Source: Limisphaerales bacterium (GTDB lineage: Bacteria > Verrucomicrobiota > Verrucomicrobiia > Limisphaerales > JAJOIW01). From it: a stretch of DNA of 26,654 nucleotides. Of the stretch, positions 1 to 9,294 are shown piece after piece. Position 1 is the first letter of the stretch, and each line of letters begins with the position of its first letter. Position numbers and translations under genes: made by a program. The DNA is taken from positions 37,952-64,605 of the forward strand of contig CBFHOE010000015.1 in the NCBI GenBank assembly GCA_965657355.1, read 5' to 3'. The notes below the pieces were generated by a model. The model ran no database searches, had not been told where the DNA came from, and saw only the letters and a list, made by a program, of their open reading frames with translations.

Positions 1-1
1 C

Positions 2-1309
2 ATGGACCTATTTACGAGGACATTAGTGGCTACTATTGTGGCTGGAATTGTATCGACTGCCAGCACGAGCTATGCAGGTGATTGGTCAAATTGGCGTGGC
101 CCAATGGAAAATGGGTTTACAAATGAGAAGGATTTACCAGCAAAATTAAAAGAACACTGGAAGGTAAAACTGCCTGGCTCAGGGGCTGCTACTCCAATAA
201 TTCATGGCGATCATGTTTTTATCAGTACCACCGATGAGGAAAAGAGAGAGCTTTTAGCTATGTGCCTCAGCTCCAAAGATGGGGAAGTGAAGTGGAAGAA
301 GGTTGTTGCAAAGGGTTTTTCTCAGGATAATCGCAGCAATTATGCCTCCAATTCCCCAATTACCGACGGTGAAAGGGTGATCTTTTTTTACGGTACTGGA
401 GATTTGGTCGCATACGATCTTGGAGGCAACCAGCTTTGGAAGAGAAATATCCAAAAAGATCACGGTGATTTTAGTTTTCTGTGGACCTTTTCAACCAGTC
501 CAGCGATTTACAATGGAAAGCTTTACATGCAAGTGCTTCAGCGGAATTCACCGGTTAGAGGCAAGGGGCAATCAGGGGCTCAATCCTATATTTTGGCGAT
601 TAACCCAACCAGTGGAAAAGATATCTGGAAGCATATTCGACCAAGCAACGCGAATGCGGAATCGCTTGAAGCTTTTTCTACCCCGATCTTCCATAAAGTT
701 GATGGCAAAACCCAGATGCTTGTAGTGGGTGGAGATGTGATCACTGGACATGATCCTGAAAATGGAGCTGAGATTTGGAGGTGGGGAACCTGGAACCCGC
801 GACGAATTGGCCACTGGAGGCTTGTCCCTTCAGCTGTTGCTGGAAACGGGGTGGCATTGGCTTCTGCTCCAAAGGGAGAACCCATTTTTGCAGTTAAACT
901 TGGAAAGTCTGGCAACCTCGGAGACGACGGTATCGCCTGGGATACTGACAAAGTTCGTGAGCTCACATCGGATGTTCCCACCCCAGCGTTTGCCTATGAT
1001 GATTTTTTCATACTGAGCGATGTTCGGAATTACATCAGCCGAGTGGATTCGAAGAATGGAGAAATAAAGTGGAAAAAAGAATTACCTCGCTCCAAAAAGT
1101 GGAGAGCTTCACCAACTGTTGCCGACGAGAAGATTTATATCATGAATCATGGAGGCATGATGATAGTTCTTGATGCAAAATCCGGTAAGGAACTGAATCG
1201 ACAAGAATTTGCCGATGGGAATCAAGATGGAATTCGTTCCGGCATTTCTATATCAAACGGAAAATTCTACATACGCACGAATTCCCACCTGATCTGCGCA
1301 GGGTCCTGA
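2..1309 (+). CDS. Secreted PQQ-binding-like (BamB-like) beta-propeller protein
   Basis: 435 aa ORF with an N-terminal signal-peptide-like stretch, then DWSNWRGP and repeated blades (G..ATPII.GD.VF, G...W, SP.I..GK.Y, ASPTVADEKIY). It ends with the family-typical 'GKFYIRT..HL.C'. Confidence 0.85.
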   Translation: MDLFTRTLVATIVAGIVSTASTSYAGDWSNWRGPMENGFTNEKDLPAKLKEHWKVKLPGSGAATPIIHGDHVFISTTDEEKRELLAMCLSSKDGEVKWKKVVAKGFSQDNRSNYASNSPITDGERVIFFYGTGDLVAYDLGGNQLWKRNIQKDHGDFSFLWTFSTSPAIYNGKLYMQVLQRNSPVRGKGQSGAQSYILAINPTSGKDIWKHIRPSNANAESLEAFSTPIFHKVDGKTQMLVVGGDVITGHDPENGAEIWRWGTWNPRRIGHWRLVPSAVAGNGVALASAPKGEPIFAVKLGKSGNLGDDGIAWDTDKVRELTSDVPTPAFAYDDFFILSDVRNYISRVDSKNGEIKWKKELPRSKKWRASPTVADEKIYIMNHGGMMIVLDAKSGKELNRQEFADGNQDGIRSGISISNGKFYIRTNSHLICAGS

Positions 1310-1363
1310 CAGGTAGCTTACTTGGTCCGCGAAGACTTTGTAATTTGATCGCTTATAAAAGCT

Positions 1364-1395
1364 AAAAGTAGTGCTGAGCAAGCACTACTTTTTTT
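1364..1395. terminator. Bidirectional intrinsic terminator
   Basis: AAAAGTAGTGCT-GAGCA-AGCACTACTTTTTTT is a perfect inverted repeat with flanking A/T tracts, lying between two convergent genes. Confidence 0.85.
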
Positions 1396-1837
1396 ATGTT
1401 CTGCACCCCATGGTGAGCAAAAGGTTAGCCCAGAGTGATTGGTCTGCCGTTTGAATAGTCAGAACATGGTCCGGCGATTCAACAGCTTTATAAAAATCCC
1501 ATTTTTGGATAGGCTCAAGTTCAAGGTCCACATTAGATTCTGAGAGAATCTTTTTATATTCTCCCCAAACTGGTGGTTCACCGTATTTGGCATAAGGATC
1601 GTCCTCAGGAATCCCCATCGTGTTGACCTCGTCAATCGCGACAGCCGAAAGAAGACCAGAAAGAACTTGGCAACAGTTCATGATACCGGGCGAGAAATTG
1701 AGGTGAATAATTTCAGCATTCGGGCCTTTTTTATTCCACGCTGGGTAGTTCCCATCAGCAATGAGTATTTTGCTATGATGCCCTGCTCTGCCAAGAATTT
1801 GGTTGATGTCCGGATGTACCAAGGTGTGCTTAAGCAT
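1394..1837 (-). CDS. RbsD/FucU family sugar mutarotase/pyranase
   Basis: Has the motif LGRAGHHSKILIADGNYP (family GH...I.D) and a C-terminal 'FY......L.IQT.D...ANLLL..G'. I placed the start at ATG 1837 (MLKH..., the family-typical N-terminus) instead of the track's 1864. Confidence 0.85.
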   Translation of the reverse strand: MLKHTLVHPDINQILGRAGHHSKILIADGNYPAWNKKGPNAEIIHLNFSPGIMNCCQVLSGLLSAVAIDEVNTMGIPEDDPYAKYGEPPVWGEYKKILSESNVDLELEPIQKWDFYKAVESPDHVLTIQTADQSLWANLLLTMGCRT

Positions 1838-1941
1838 GTTATAAAGATATCTGAAGATTCTCATAGAAACAACATCGGGTCGTCATTGACCTCGAGTTGA
1901 TTTTCTGAGAATTTAATCGCCCACCCTATATTGATTTTATT

Positions 1942-4056
1942 ATGACCGACCTTAGCTCATTAGATTACATTATTTTCTTTGCCTCTTTGATAGCCGTGAT
2001 GGGAATTGGTCTTTGGGCGGGAAGAAAAGAGGAGTCATCCTTGGATTTCTTTTTAGCTGGCAAAGAAACGAGATGGTGGGGAGTTGCTGGTTCGATATTT
2101 GGATCGAATGTGTCGGCCAATCACATGATCGGGATGATGGGTTTGGGCTTTAGTGTAGGTTTTGCTCAAAGCCAATTTGAAATCACAGCTATTGCTGGTT
2201 TGCTGATGCTTTGCTACGGCTTCTTACCTGTATATAGAAAATTAAATATATATACATTAAGCGAATACCTAACAAAACGTTATGGCGATAGCAGTCGCGT
2301 CCTTTACGCTGTTATAATGTTAACCATCATGGTCGTGATCATGATGGTTCCCGGTTTTTATATCGGATCTCGCACAATCAACATTCTTATCCAAGGAGGT
2401 GCACAAGAAGTGATCCACTCGAATTACGTTTGGGGAATAATTGCTATGGCCATTATCACAGGGACTTATACGATCTTTGGAGGTCTAAAAGCAGTTATTA
2501 TGACTGACTTTATACAGTCGCTTCTTTTGCTTTTCGGCGGACTTGTGGTTGCGTTTGTTGTTTTTTCACAGCCCGAAATAGGAGGCTGGGGAGGCATGAT
2601 TGCGCAAGATAATGCGGCGGGAGATGCTGGCAAGATGAGTCTCTACCGCCCAATGAATCACCCTTCGATGCCGTGGACAGGAATGTTTACCGGTCTTATG
2701 TTTCTTCATTTCTATTACTGGGGCGCCAATCAATTTATAGTCCAAAGGGCTCTTTCTGCCAGATCGGACAAAGAAGCGAGGACCGGGATCATAGCAGCGG
2801 GATTCTTTAAGTTACTTATTCCATTTTTCTCGATAGGAACAGGGGTCGCGGCTTTCTATCTCTTTAAAGCTAAAGGAATGACGATTGCCCAGGACGCGGT
2901 TTTCCCGACGATCCTGACCCAATTTGTGTCCCCAATAGGTTTTGGTTTGGTAGGACTAATTGCGGCAGGAGTCATTGGAGCGATACTTTCTTCCCTAGAC
3001 TCGATGATGAATTCAAGTGCCACTATAGTGACGTTCGATTTTTACAAGCGCTTTGTCGATCCTAAAGCAGACGACAAAACCCTTATCTTACTCGGGAGGA
3101 TATTCATTTGCGTATTTATATTGTTAGCAGCTGGCATAACCATATTCGCCATGGATCCAAATAGTAAGGACAGCTTTTTTCTCCATGTTGCCAAACACCA
3201 AATGAGGCTTGTCGCTGGGGTCTTTGTCGCATTTTTTGTTGGCATGCTCTGGAAAAGGGCCACCGCGCTAGGAGGGGCTTTAGCAATCATCGTTGGCGTC
3301 ATAATGTCGTATTCATTGGGCCCAATTTACGATTCAGCACTTATGCAAAAAGCCTTGGTCAATAATTCTTCTGAGATTATTTTACACAAGAATTCCAATT
3401 ACGAATCCGCCCAAGCGGTCAAATTCGCAACTACTCCTATGGCTTCGAGTCAAGACATTGATCTCACAACAACTCTATATGTTTCGCACCCAACTCCAGA
3501 AAACAAAAAAATAATCAACCTGCACGTCTCAAAAACTGATGCTGAAAATGGCCTCAACCCGATAGTGTTCAATATTGAAAAAGGTAAAGATAGTTTAAAG
3601 AGCTCGCTTTATAAAGAAAGTAGCAGTGGAATAATAAACAAGCTTGGCACAAATCTTAATTTTTTCCATGCAACAGCAGTTTCTGTATTAATCTCATTTG
3701 TCGTGATGGTCATTGCAAGTCTGGCAACACCACATAATGAAGAAAGAGCCCAGTATACATGGACTGGCTTAGGCGGGTATTCTGCCAAACAAGTAAAACT
3801 CGCCTTCGGGCAAATATTTGGCTCGGTAGTCATATTCGCCGTTTTAGCTATTGCAATGTTAAATTGGGGTGTTCCTCCGGCAGTGAGCGGAATTCTTTCA
3901 CTACTATGGACATGGGGAATGTTTTTGTTGCGTCCTATCAATGAATTTAAGGCCACCCCAAATGGTTCGTTAGCCGGCTTCCTTTTGAAAGACGATCGAA
4001 CGTATGCTGGCCTTTTGGGCGGACTAGCTGTATTTCTGATGTTTTATTACGTTTGA
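1942..4056 (+). CDS. Sodium:solute symporter (SSS/SLC5, probably sugar) with an inserted soluble domain and extra C-terminal helices
   Basis: Contains the SSS motifs FFLAGK, SIFGSNVSANH, YTIFGGLKAVIMTDFIQ, YYWGANQFIVQRALSARS and SSLDSMMNSSAT, plus many hydrophobic helices. Confidence 0.92.
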   Translation: MTDLSSLDYIIFFASLIAVMGIGLWAGRKEESSLDFFLAGKETRWWGVAGSIFGSNVSANHMIGMMGLGFSVGFAQSQFEITAIAGLLMLCYGFLPVYRKLNIYTLSEYLTKRYGDSSRVLYAVIMLTIMVVIMMVPGFYIGSRTINILIQGGAQEVIHSNYVWGIIAMAIITGTYTIFGGLKAVIMTDFIQSLLLLFGGLVVAFVVFSQPEIGGWGGMIAQDNAAGDAGKMSLYRPMNHPSMPWTGMFTGLMFLHFYYWGANQFIVQRALSARSDKEARTGIIAAGFFKLLIPFFSIGTGVAAFYLFKAKGMTIAQDAVFPTILTQFVSPIGFGLVGLIAAGVIGAILSSLDSMMNSSATIVTFDFYKRFVDPKADDKTLILLGRIFICVFILLAAGITIFAMDPNSKDSFFLHVAKHQMRLVAGVFVAFFVGMLWKRATALGGALAIIVGVIMSYSLGPIYDSALMQKALVNNSSEIILHKNSNYESAQAVKFATTPMASSQDIDLTTTLYVSHPTPENKKIINLHVSKTDAENGLNPIVFNIEKGKDSLKSSLYKESSSGIINKLGTNLNFFHATAVSVLISFVVMVIASLATPHNEERAQYTWTGLGGYSAKQVKLAFGQIFGSVVIFAVLAIAMLNWGVPPAVSGILSLLWTWGMFLLRPINEFKATPNGSLAGFLLKDDRTYAGLLGGLAVFLMFYYV

Positions 4057-4082
4057 TGATTAGGAAGCTGTGGAGCTGAAAG

Positions 4083-5660
4083 CTATTTCCCCGATGTTCC
4101 GGCCTCACGATAAAACCACTGGGGGAATCGTGCTCCTTCAGACCCTTTTATTTTTCGATGGTAAAATTTATTTCCACGGTCTTCAAGAAGCCGGAGCTTC
4201 ATTCCAGATGATTTCTGTAACATTTCGAACATAGCTGAATTCAGTTTCCCTATTTTGTCTTGCCAATCCGGATGATGTATAAGGTTGTTCTTTTCCATTG
4301 GATCAACTTCGAGATTATATAGCTCGTCGATATCCCAAATACCGTGGTATCTCGTATATTTGATCTTATCGTTGAAGATGGCATGCATTGTTGGCGTTTG
4401 AGGATAATTGCGCTCCCAAAAATACTCATACAGAAGAAAATCACGCCATTGAGCATTTTTATTTCTAACAACTGGAAGGAAGCTTTGTCCGTCCATTTCA
4501 GAGGGAATAGATACTGAGGCGACGTCAAGCAAAGTTGGTGCGACGTCGATATTGGCGACAATTTGGGAAACTGTTTTGCCTCCTGAAAAGCCTCCTGGTC
4601 CTTTAATAATCATTGGGACCCTGATTGATTCTTCGTAAGTGCAGCGTTTGTCAATTAACCCATGCTCTCCAAACAAGAAACCATTGTCTCCCATGTAGAG
4701 AATGATTGTATTATCAGACAGTTTACTATCATGGAGTGTTTGGATGATACGCCCTACGCTATCGTCAACGGCTAGAAGCGTTTCACAATATCGTTTGTAA
4801 TAATTTATCAGATTCAAATTAGTGTAATAGGCAAACTCGACACCATGACGACTATTCCTTTGATTTTTGACCCACACGGGAACATCGCGAAACTCATCTG
4901 GTTTCTCGAACCAGCTCTTTGGAGGTTTGACATCCACATTTTCATATTTAAAGGCATGGCGGTTTGGGGGAAGGAAATCGGCATGGGCTGCCTTATGAGA
5001 AAGATAAAGAAAGAATGGAGAGTCCTTTTTGGACTTCTGGGTTTTGAGCCAATTCACTGCATAGTCCGTTAACTCGTCTGTTATATATCCCATTTGAGGT
5101 TTTCTTTTGCCGTTTACATTAAATCCGGTCTTATAAGCTTGCGGCACATATCTACCCTTAACTTTTAAGCCTTTTTCATGTGGCCAATAAATCCCCTGTC
5201 CTTTGAAGGATACCCAGTGATCAAACCCTCTTTGTTTTTCATCTGTGTCACCCATATGCCATTTTCCGACAAAAGCAGTGTTATATCCATTTTCCTGGAG
5301 AAGCTGCGGAAAGAATGTGAGCTGGTCATCAACGGGGTGATAATTATCAACGACATTATGGTTGTGAGCATAAAGCCCAGTTAAAATGGAAGCCCGGCTA
5401 GGAGAACATAAGGAGGTTGTCACATAAGCATTTTCAAAGTGAACACCCTCTGCAGCCAATTTGTCCAAATGAGGTGTTTTTAAAAATGGGTGCCCCATGT
5501 ATCCGAGGGCGTCGTATCTATGATCATCGGTTAAGATAAGAACGATGTTTGGTCGTTGCTCGGCATAACATGAAGGGATGACAATCTTAACGTAGCCAAG
5601 AGACATTACCCCTAACAAAATAATCGCTCTACAAAGGTTGGATTTCACTGGTTCATACAA
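4083..5660 (-). CDS. Formylglycine-dependent (Cys-type) S1 sulfatase, GlcNAc-6-sulfatase-like
   Basis: Motifs RPNIVLILTDD, CSPSR (CxPxR), GKWHMG, GDNG and GEHGL.DKR..YEESIRVP. The start is uncertain: TTG 5660 or ATG 5606. The subfamily is an inference. Confidence 0.93.
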   Translation of the reverse strand: MYEPVKSNLCRAIILLGVMSLGYVKIVIPSCYAEQRPNIVLILTDDHRYDALGYMGHPFLKTPHLDKLAAEGVHFENAYVTTSLCSPSRASILTGLYAHNHNVVDNYHPVDDQLTFFPQLLQENGYNTAFVGKWHMGDTDEKQRGFDHWVSFKGQGIYWPHEKGLKVKGRYVPQAYKTGFNVNGKRKPQMGYITDELTDYAVNWLKTQKSKKDSPFFLYLSHKAAHADFLPPNRHAFKYENVDVKPPKSWFEKPDEFRDVPVWVKNQRNSRHGVEFAYYTNLNLINYYKRYCETLLAVDDSVGRIIQTLHDSKLSDNTIILYMGDNGFLFGEHGLIDKRCTYEESIRVPMIIKGPGGFSGGKTVSQIVANIDVAPTLLDVASVSIPSEMDGQSFLPVVRNKNAQWRDFLLYEYFWERNYPQTPTMHAIFNDKIKYTRYHGIWDIDELYNLEVDPMEKNNLIHHPDWQDKIGKLNSAMFEMLQKSSGMKLRLLEDRGNKFYHRKIKGSEGARFPQWFYREAGTSGK

Positions 5661-5766
5661 AGCATTGCCGGGAATAATGGCAAACGAATTCGTCCTCCAT
5701 ACCCTCCTTGATTAATATTCACCAAATTCTAGTGCCATGAAAATGTGATTTGTGTAATTTGTTGAC

Positions 5767-7260
5767 ATGGTCCATTTGAAAAACAAGTTTTTCCAAATAG
5801 CATTGGGATTCGTCCTGGTTTTAGAGCCGAGTAGCCTTCACCAATTGAAAGGTGAGACGAGTCAGAGGCCGAATATTTTATTTTTTCTCGTTGATGATCT
5901 CGGATACATGGATGTGGGTGCTAATAATCCAAACACATTTTACGAGACTCCCAACATCGATAAATTGGCGGCTAATGGGATGAGATTCACTGACGGTTAT
6001 GCAGCAAACCCTGTCTGTAGCCCAACCCGATACAGCATAATGACAGGTAAGCACCCATCGAGAGTCAATGCGACAAACTTCTTCTCAGGAAAAAGGTCTG
6101 GAAGATTCAAACCAGCACCGCTGTATGACAGGATGGACCTTGATGAAGTAACTATGGCTGAGGCATTTAAGGAAGCGGGGTATGCTACCTTCTTCGCTGG
6201 CAAATGGCATTTGGGCTCTACTGAAAAATATTGGCCCGAAAACCAGGGGTTTGATGTTAACAAAGGTGGGTGGCGAGCAGGAGCTCCATTTTTGGCAGGG
6301 AAATTTTTCTCTCCCTATGCCAACCCAAGACTTGAGGATGGACCAAGAGGAGAACATCTTCCAGCACGTTTAGCCTCGGAAACTATCGAGTTTATTAAAA
6401 GCAACAAAGACCGAAATTTCTTTGCCTACCTTTCGTTTTATCTTGTGCATACCCCATTAATGGCTCCTAAAGAACTTGTTAAAAAGTACCAAGAAAAAGC
6501 AGAGCGATTAGGACTCAATGGAAAAAGAGAATTCTCACCGGAAGAGCAAGTATTGCCAAATGGGAGACCAAGACAGGTTCGCATTTTGCAAAAGCATGCC
6601 ACTTATGCTGCCATGATGGAATGGCTTGATATTCAAGTGGGAAGAGTTCTAACCGCTCTGGAATCCGAAGGGCTAGATAAAAACACCGTCGTCTGCTTTA
6701 TGTCTGATAATGGGGGCTTATCGACCTCGGAAGGGTCCCCAACTTCTAACCTCCCATTACGAGGAGGTAAAGGGTGGCTCTACGAAGGCGGAATTCGAGA
6801 ACCCTACTTCATCAAATGGCCTGGGGTTACGAAACCCGGAAGCACAAGCAGCTTTCCAGTGATTAGTATGGACTTCTACCCTACTCTTCTAGATATAGCT
6901 GGACTGCCGCTGAAGCCCACCCAGCACTTGGATGGCATCAGTTTGAAAAATATTTTAAATCACTCTGGTAAACCAAAGTCTCGGCATCTTTTCTGGCATT
7001 ACCCCCATTACAGCAATCAAGGCGGGTTTCCTGGTGGCGCTACTCGATTTGGAAACTGGAAGTTAATTGAAAGATTCGAAGATGGGGCCATACACCTCTA
7101 CAACCTCAAAAATGACATCTCTGAAAAAATAGATCTTTCGCTCCAGTTTCCAGAACGTGTGAAACAAATGCGAAAGCAGTTGCACGCCTTTTATAAAAAA
7201 ACTGACGCTGAATTTCTCCGCCCGCTAAACGAAGACTCGCCCATGCCGTGGAGGCCTTAG
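5767..7260 (+). CDS. Formylglycine-dependent (Cys-type) S1 sulfatase
   Basis: Motifs RPNILFFLVDDLG, CSPTR, GKWHLG, SDNGG, RGGKGWLYEGGIR and FWHYPHY, with a signal-peptide-like N-terminus. Confidence 0.93.
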   Translation: MVHLKNKFFQIALGFVLVLEPSSLHQLKGETSQRPNILFFLVDDLGYMDVGANNPNTFYETPNIDKLAANGMRFTDGYAANPVCSPTRYSIMTGKHPSRVNATNFFSGKRSGRFKPAPLYDRMDLDEVTMAEAFKEAGYATFFAGKWHLGSTEKYWPENQGFDVNKGGWRAGAPFLAGKFFSPYANPRLEDGPRGEHLPARLASETIEFIKSNKDRNFFAYLSFYLVHTPLMAPKELVKKYQEKAERLGLNGKREFSPEEQVLPNGRPRQVRILQKHATYAAMMEWLDIQVGRVLTALESEGLDKNTVVCFMSDNGGLSTSEGSPTSNLPLRGGKGWLYEGGIREPYFIKWPGVTKPGSTSSFPVISMDFYPTLLDIAGLPLKPTQHLDGISLKNILNHSGKPKSRHLFWHYPHYSNQGGFPGGATRFGNWKLIERFEDGAIHLYNLKNDISEKIDLSLQFPERVKQMRKQLHAFYKKTDAEFLRPLNEDSPMPWRP

Positions 7261-7340
7261 TATAAATATCGAGAGAAATCGTCAGCCCTATCCAGTATTT
7301 TGGTTAGTAAAAGAAAAGGCCTGGTGAATGGAGAAAAATT

Positions 7341-7991
7341 TTAAAGCAAAGTGGAGTCATTTAAACCTGCAAATGGATCATAACTAGAGCTGGGATCATA
7401 TTCATCATCGTCTCTCGAAGCCTGGGCACCCATTACCGCTTGGTCTTCGATAGACGTCTCGTCACGCGAAATGCTCAGCTTTTCCAAAGCATCTTTAGCC
7501 CATTGAACAGAATTTTCTAATTCACTGACAGCCCATCCCGAAAGAAATTCATCCCATGAATGAGATTCAGGATCAGAGCTGCTGATTGCGATTCGCTCTT
7601 TGAGCTTTAGCAATCTCGACTCTTTATCAGAAATCAGCTGGTTGAGAAAATGAACTTTGTTTTGTTTATTTCCAGCTTTCGATATAACCCACCACAGACA
7701 TTTCCATTCGTCTTTGGATTCAATCTCTCCGGAAGTCGAATACAGGGCCGCCCGGAGTGCTGAAATTCCTGTGTCAGTAAGTTTAAAATAGTGCCTCTGA
7801 GGCCCTCTTTTTGATGGGCCCACCTCTTTAGTCACCCACCCTAGGCTCTCTAATTTCTTGAGCTCGCCATAAATTTGAGGCGCGGTGACATGCCAGAAAT
7901 GGCCCAATTCGTTATCCACGATCTGCTTTACATCGTAGCCAGTCCGTCGACCCGAGTTGAGTATTGAAAGCAGTATCCACCTGAATTTCAT
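7341..7991 (-). CDS. PadR family transcriptional regulator with a helical C-terminal domain and acidic tail
   Basis: TGYDVKQ...HFW.....QIYGELKKLE..GWV...R.YF.LT..G is a PadR winged-helix signature. An AGGA lies just upstream of the ATG. Confidence 0.88.
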   Translation of the reverse strand: MKFRWILLSILNSGRRTGYDVKQIVDNELGHFWHVTAPQIYGELKKLESLGWVTKEVGPSKRGPQRHYFKLTDTGISALRAALYSTSGEIESKDEWKCLWWVISKAGNKQNKVHFLNQLISDKESRLLKLKERIAISSSDPESHSWDEFLSGWAVSELENSVQWAKDALEKLSISRDETSIEDQAVMGAQASRDDDEYDPSSSYDPFAGLNDSTLL

Positions 7992-8116
7992 AGTGTTCCT
8001 ATTTTTACTAAACTATTTAGGTAATTCAAAGTTCCAAAATAAATGGTCAAGTTGATACTGGACCCGATATACTTTGGCAAGATGATCGGAAAAATCGGTG
8101 AAATCGGGAGAAATGC

Positions 8117-9283
8117 ATGAGGTTACTACTTTGTTGTCCGACACCTATTACCAAAGCTTTGGGTTCCTCAAAAGTTTATCTGGAAGTCAACGAAGCCCTA
8201 AATAAGGCCGGCGGAGACTCAACATTAATAGGCCCAAACGATCTTTTGCCAGAGAAAGATTTTAGTCAACGCAGCGCGGAGGAAGAATTCGGGGAATATA
8301 CTGCGGCTTTGAAAGCATATTTGGATAAAAACCAAAAATCCTTTGATGTGGTCGAGTATGAGCATACCTATTACCCTACAAAGCAATCGACCATGCTCCA
8401 AAATAAACTTTGCGTAGCCAGGTCGGTTCTGCTTAAACACCATCTCCCACACTATCCGTTTCCAAAGTTTTTAAGTTTGAGAAGAATTTTTGGTGAGTTC
8501 ATTTATGGAAGAAGAAGAAGGAATTATAGTGAAAAAAGATTGGAAATAGCCAAAAAGACGTGTCTGGAGGCGGACCTTGTTAACGTTCCAAATAATCTAG
8601 ATAAGGAACGACTTATGTTAGAAGGTATTCCAGAGAATCGAGTCACAGTGATCCCATATGGCTTGACTCCAGAGCGGCTTGCATACCTTCAAAATAAAAG
8701 CAGTGAAAGTGCCTCCCCTAAGAAACATATCATAACTTTTATTGGAACTTTCGATGAGCGAAAAGGAGCCGTCGAATTTCCAAAGATTGTAGATTTTGTG
8801 CTCAAAAAGCATCCCAATGCTGTTTTTAGACTACTAGGCACGTCGGGCCAATTTAAAACCAAAAAAGAAGTCTTAGACAAATTTAAGGCAGCTCATGCAC
8901 CTCAACTGGAAGTGTTTCCTACGTTTGATCCTGATGGTCTAAAAAGCTTATTAAAAGGCACTACGATTGGAATGTTCCCATCGCATTTAGAAAGTTTTGG
9001 TTTTGGTGTTCTGGAGATGATGGCATCTGGCATACCAGTTGTCGCCTACAATGTTCCAGGCCCTTCAAGTCTCCTAAGACCTGACATGCTGGTTCACCGG
9101 GGTGACTATATCGCTATGGCCCGAGTGATTTCTAACTGGATTGAGGATGAGAATAAAAGAAGGGCTTCAATAATCTGGGCCGAGGAACGCGCCAAAGAGT
9201 TTGAGTGGAGCAGATTTGCAAACCAAACCCTCAAAGAATATGAAGCAGCCTTAAAAAATAAAATAGATCGTGCCCGATCATAA
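8117..9283 (+). CDS. Glycosyltransferase family 4 (GT-B fold)
   Basis: FIGTFDERKG and the E-x7-E motif ESFGFGVLEMMASGIPVV. Confidence 0.9.
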   Translation: MRLLLCCPTPITKALGSSKVYLEVNEALNKAGGDSTLIGPNDLLPEKDFSQRSAEEEFGEYTAALKAYLDKNQKSFDVVEYEHTYYPTKQSTMLQNKLCVARSVLLKHHLPHYPFPKFLSLRRIFGEFIYGRRRRNYSEKRLEIAKKTCLEADLVNVPNNLDKERLMLEGIPENRVTVIPYGLTPERLAYLQNKSSESASPKKHIITFIGTFDERKGAVEFPKIVDFVLKKHPNAVFRLLGTSGQFKTKKEVLDKFKAAHAPQLEVFPTFDPDGLKSLLKGTTIGMFPSHLESFGFGVLEMMASGIPVVAYNVPGPSSLLRPDMLVHRGDYIAMARVISNWIEDENKRRASIIWAEERAKEFEWSRFANQTLKEYEAALKNKIDRARS

Positions 9284-9294
9284 AAAAGAAAAAA

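Noticed and set aside
5722..5737. Sigma54-like TGGCAC-TAGAA-TTTGG on the minus strand between the sulfatases
   Set aside because: The -12 element reads TTTG rather than TTGC, so the conserved GC is missing.
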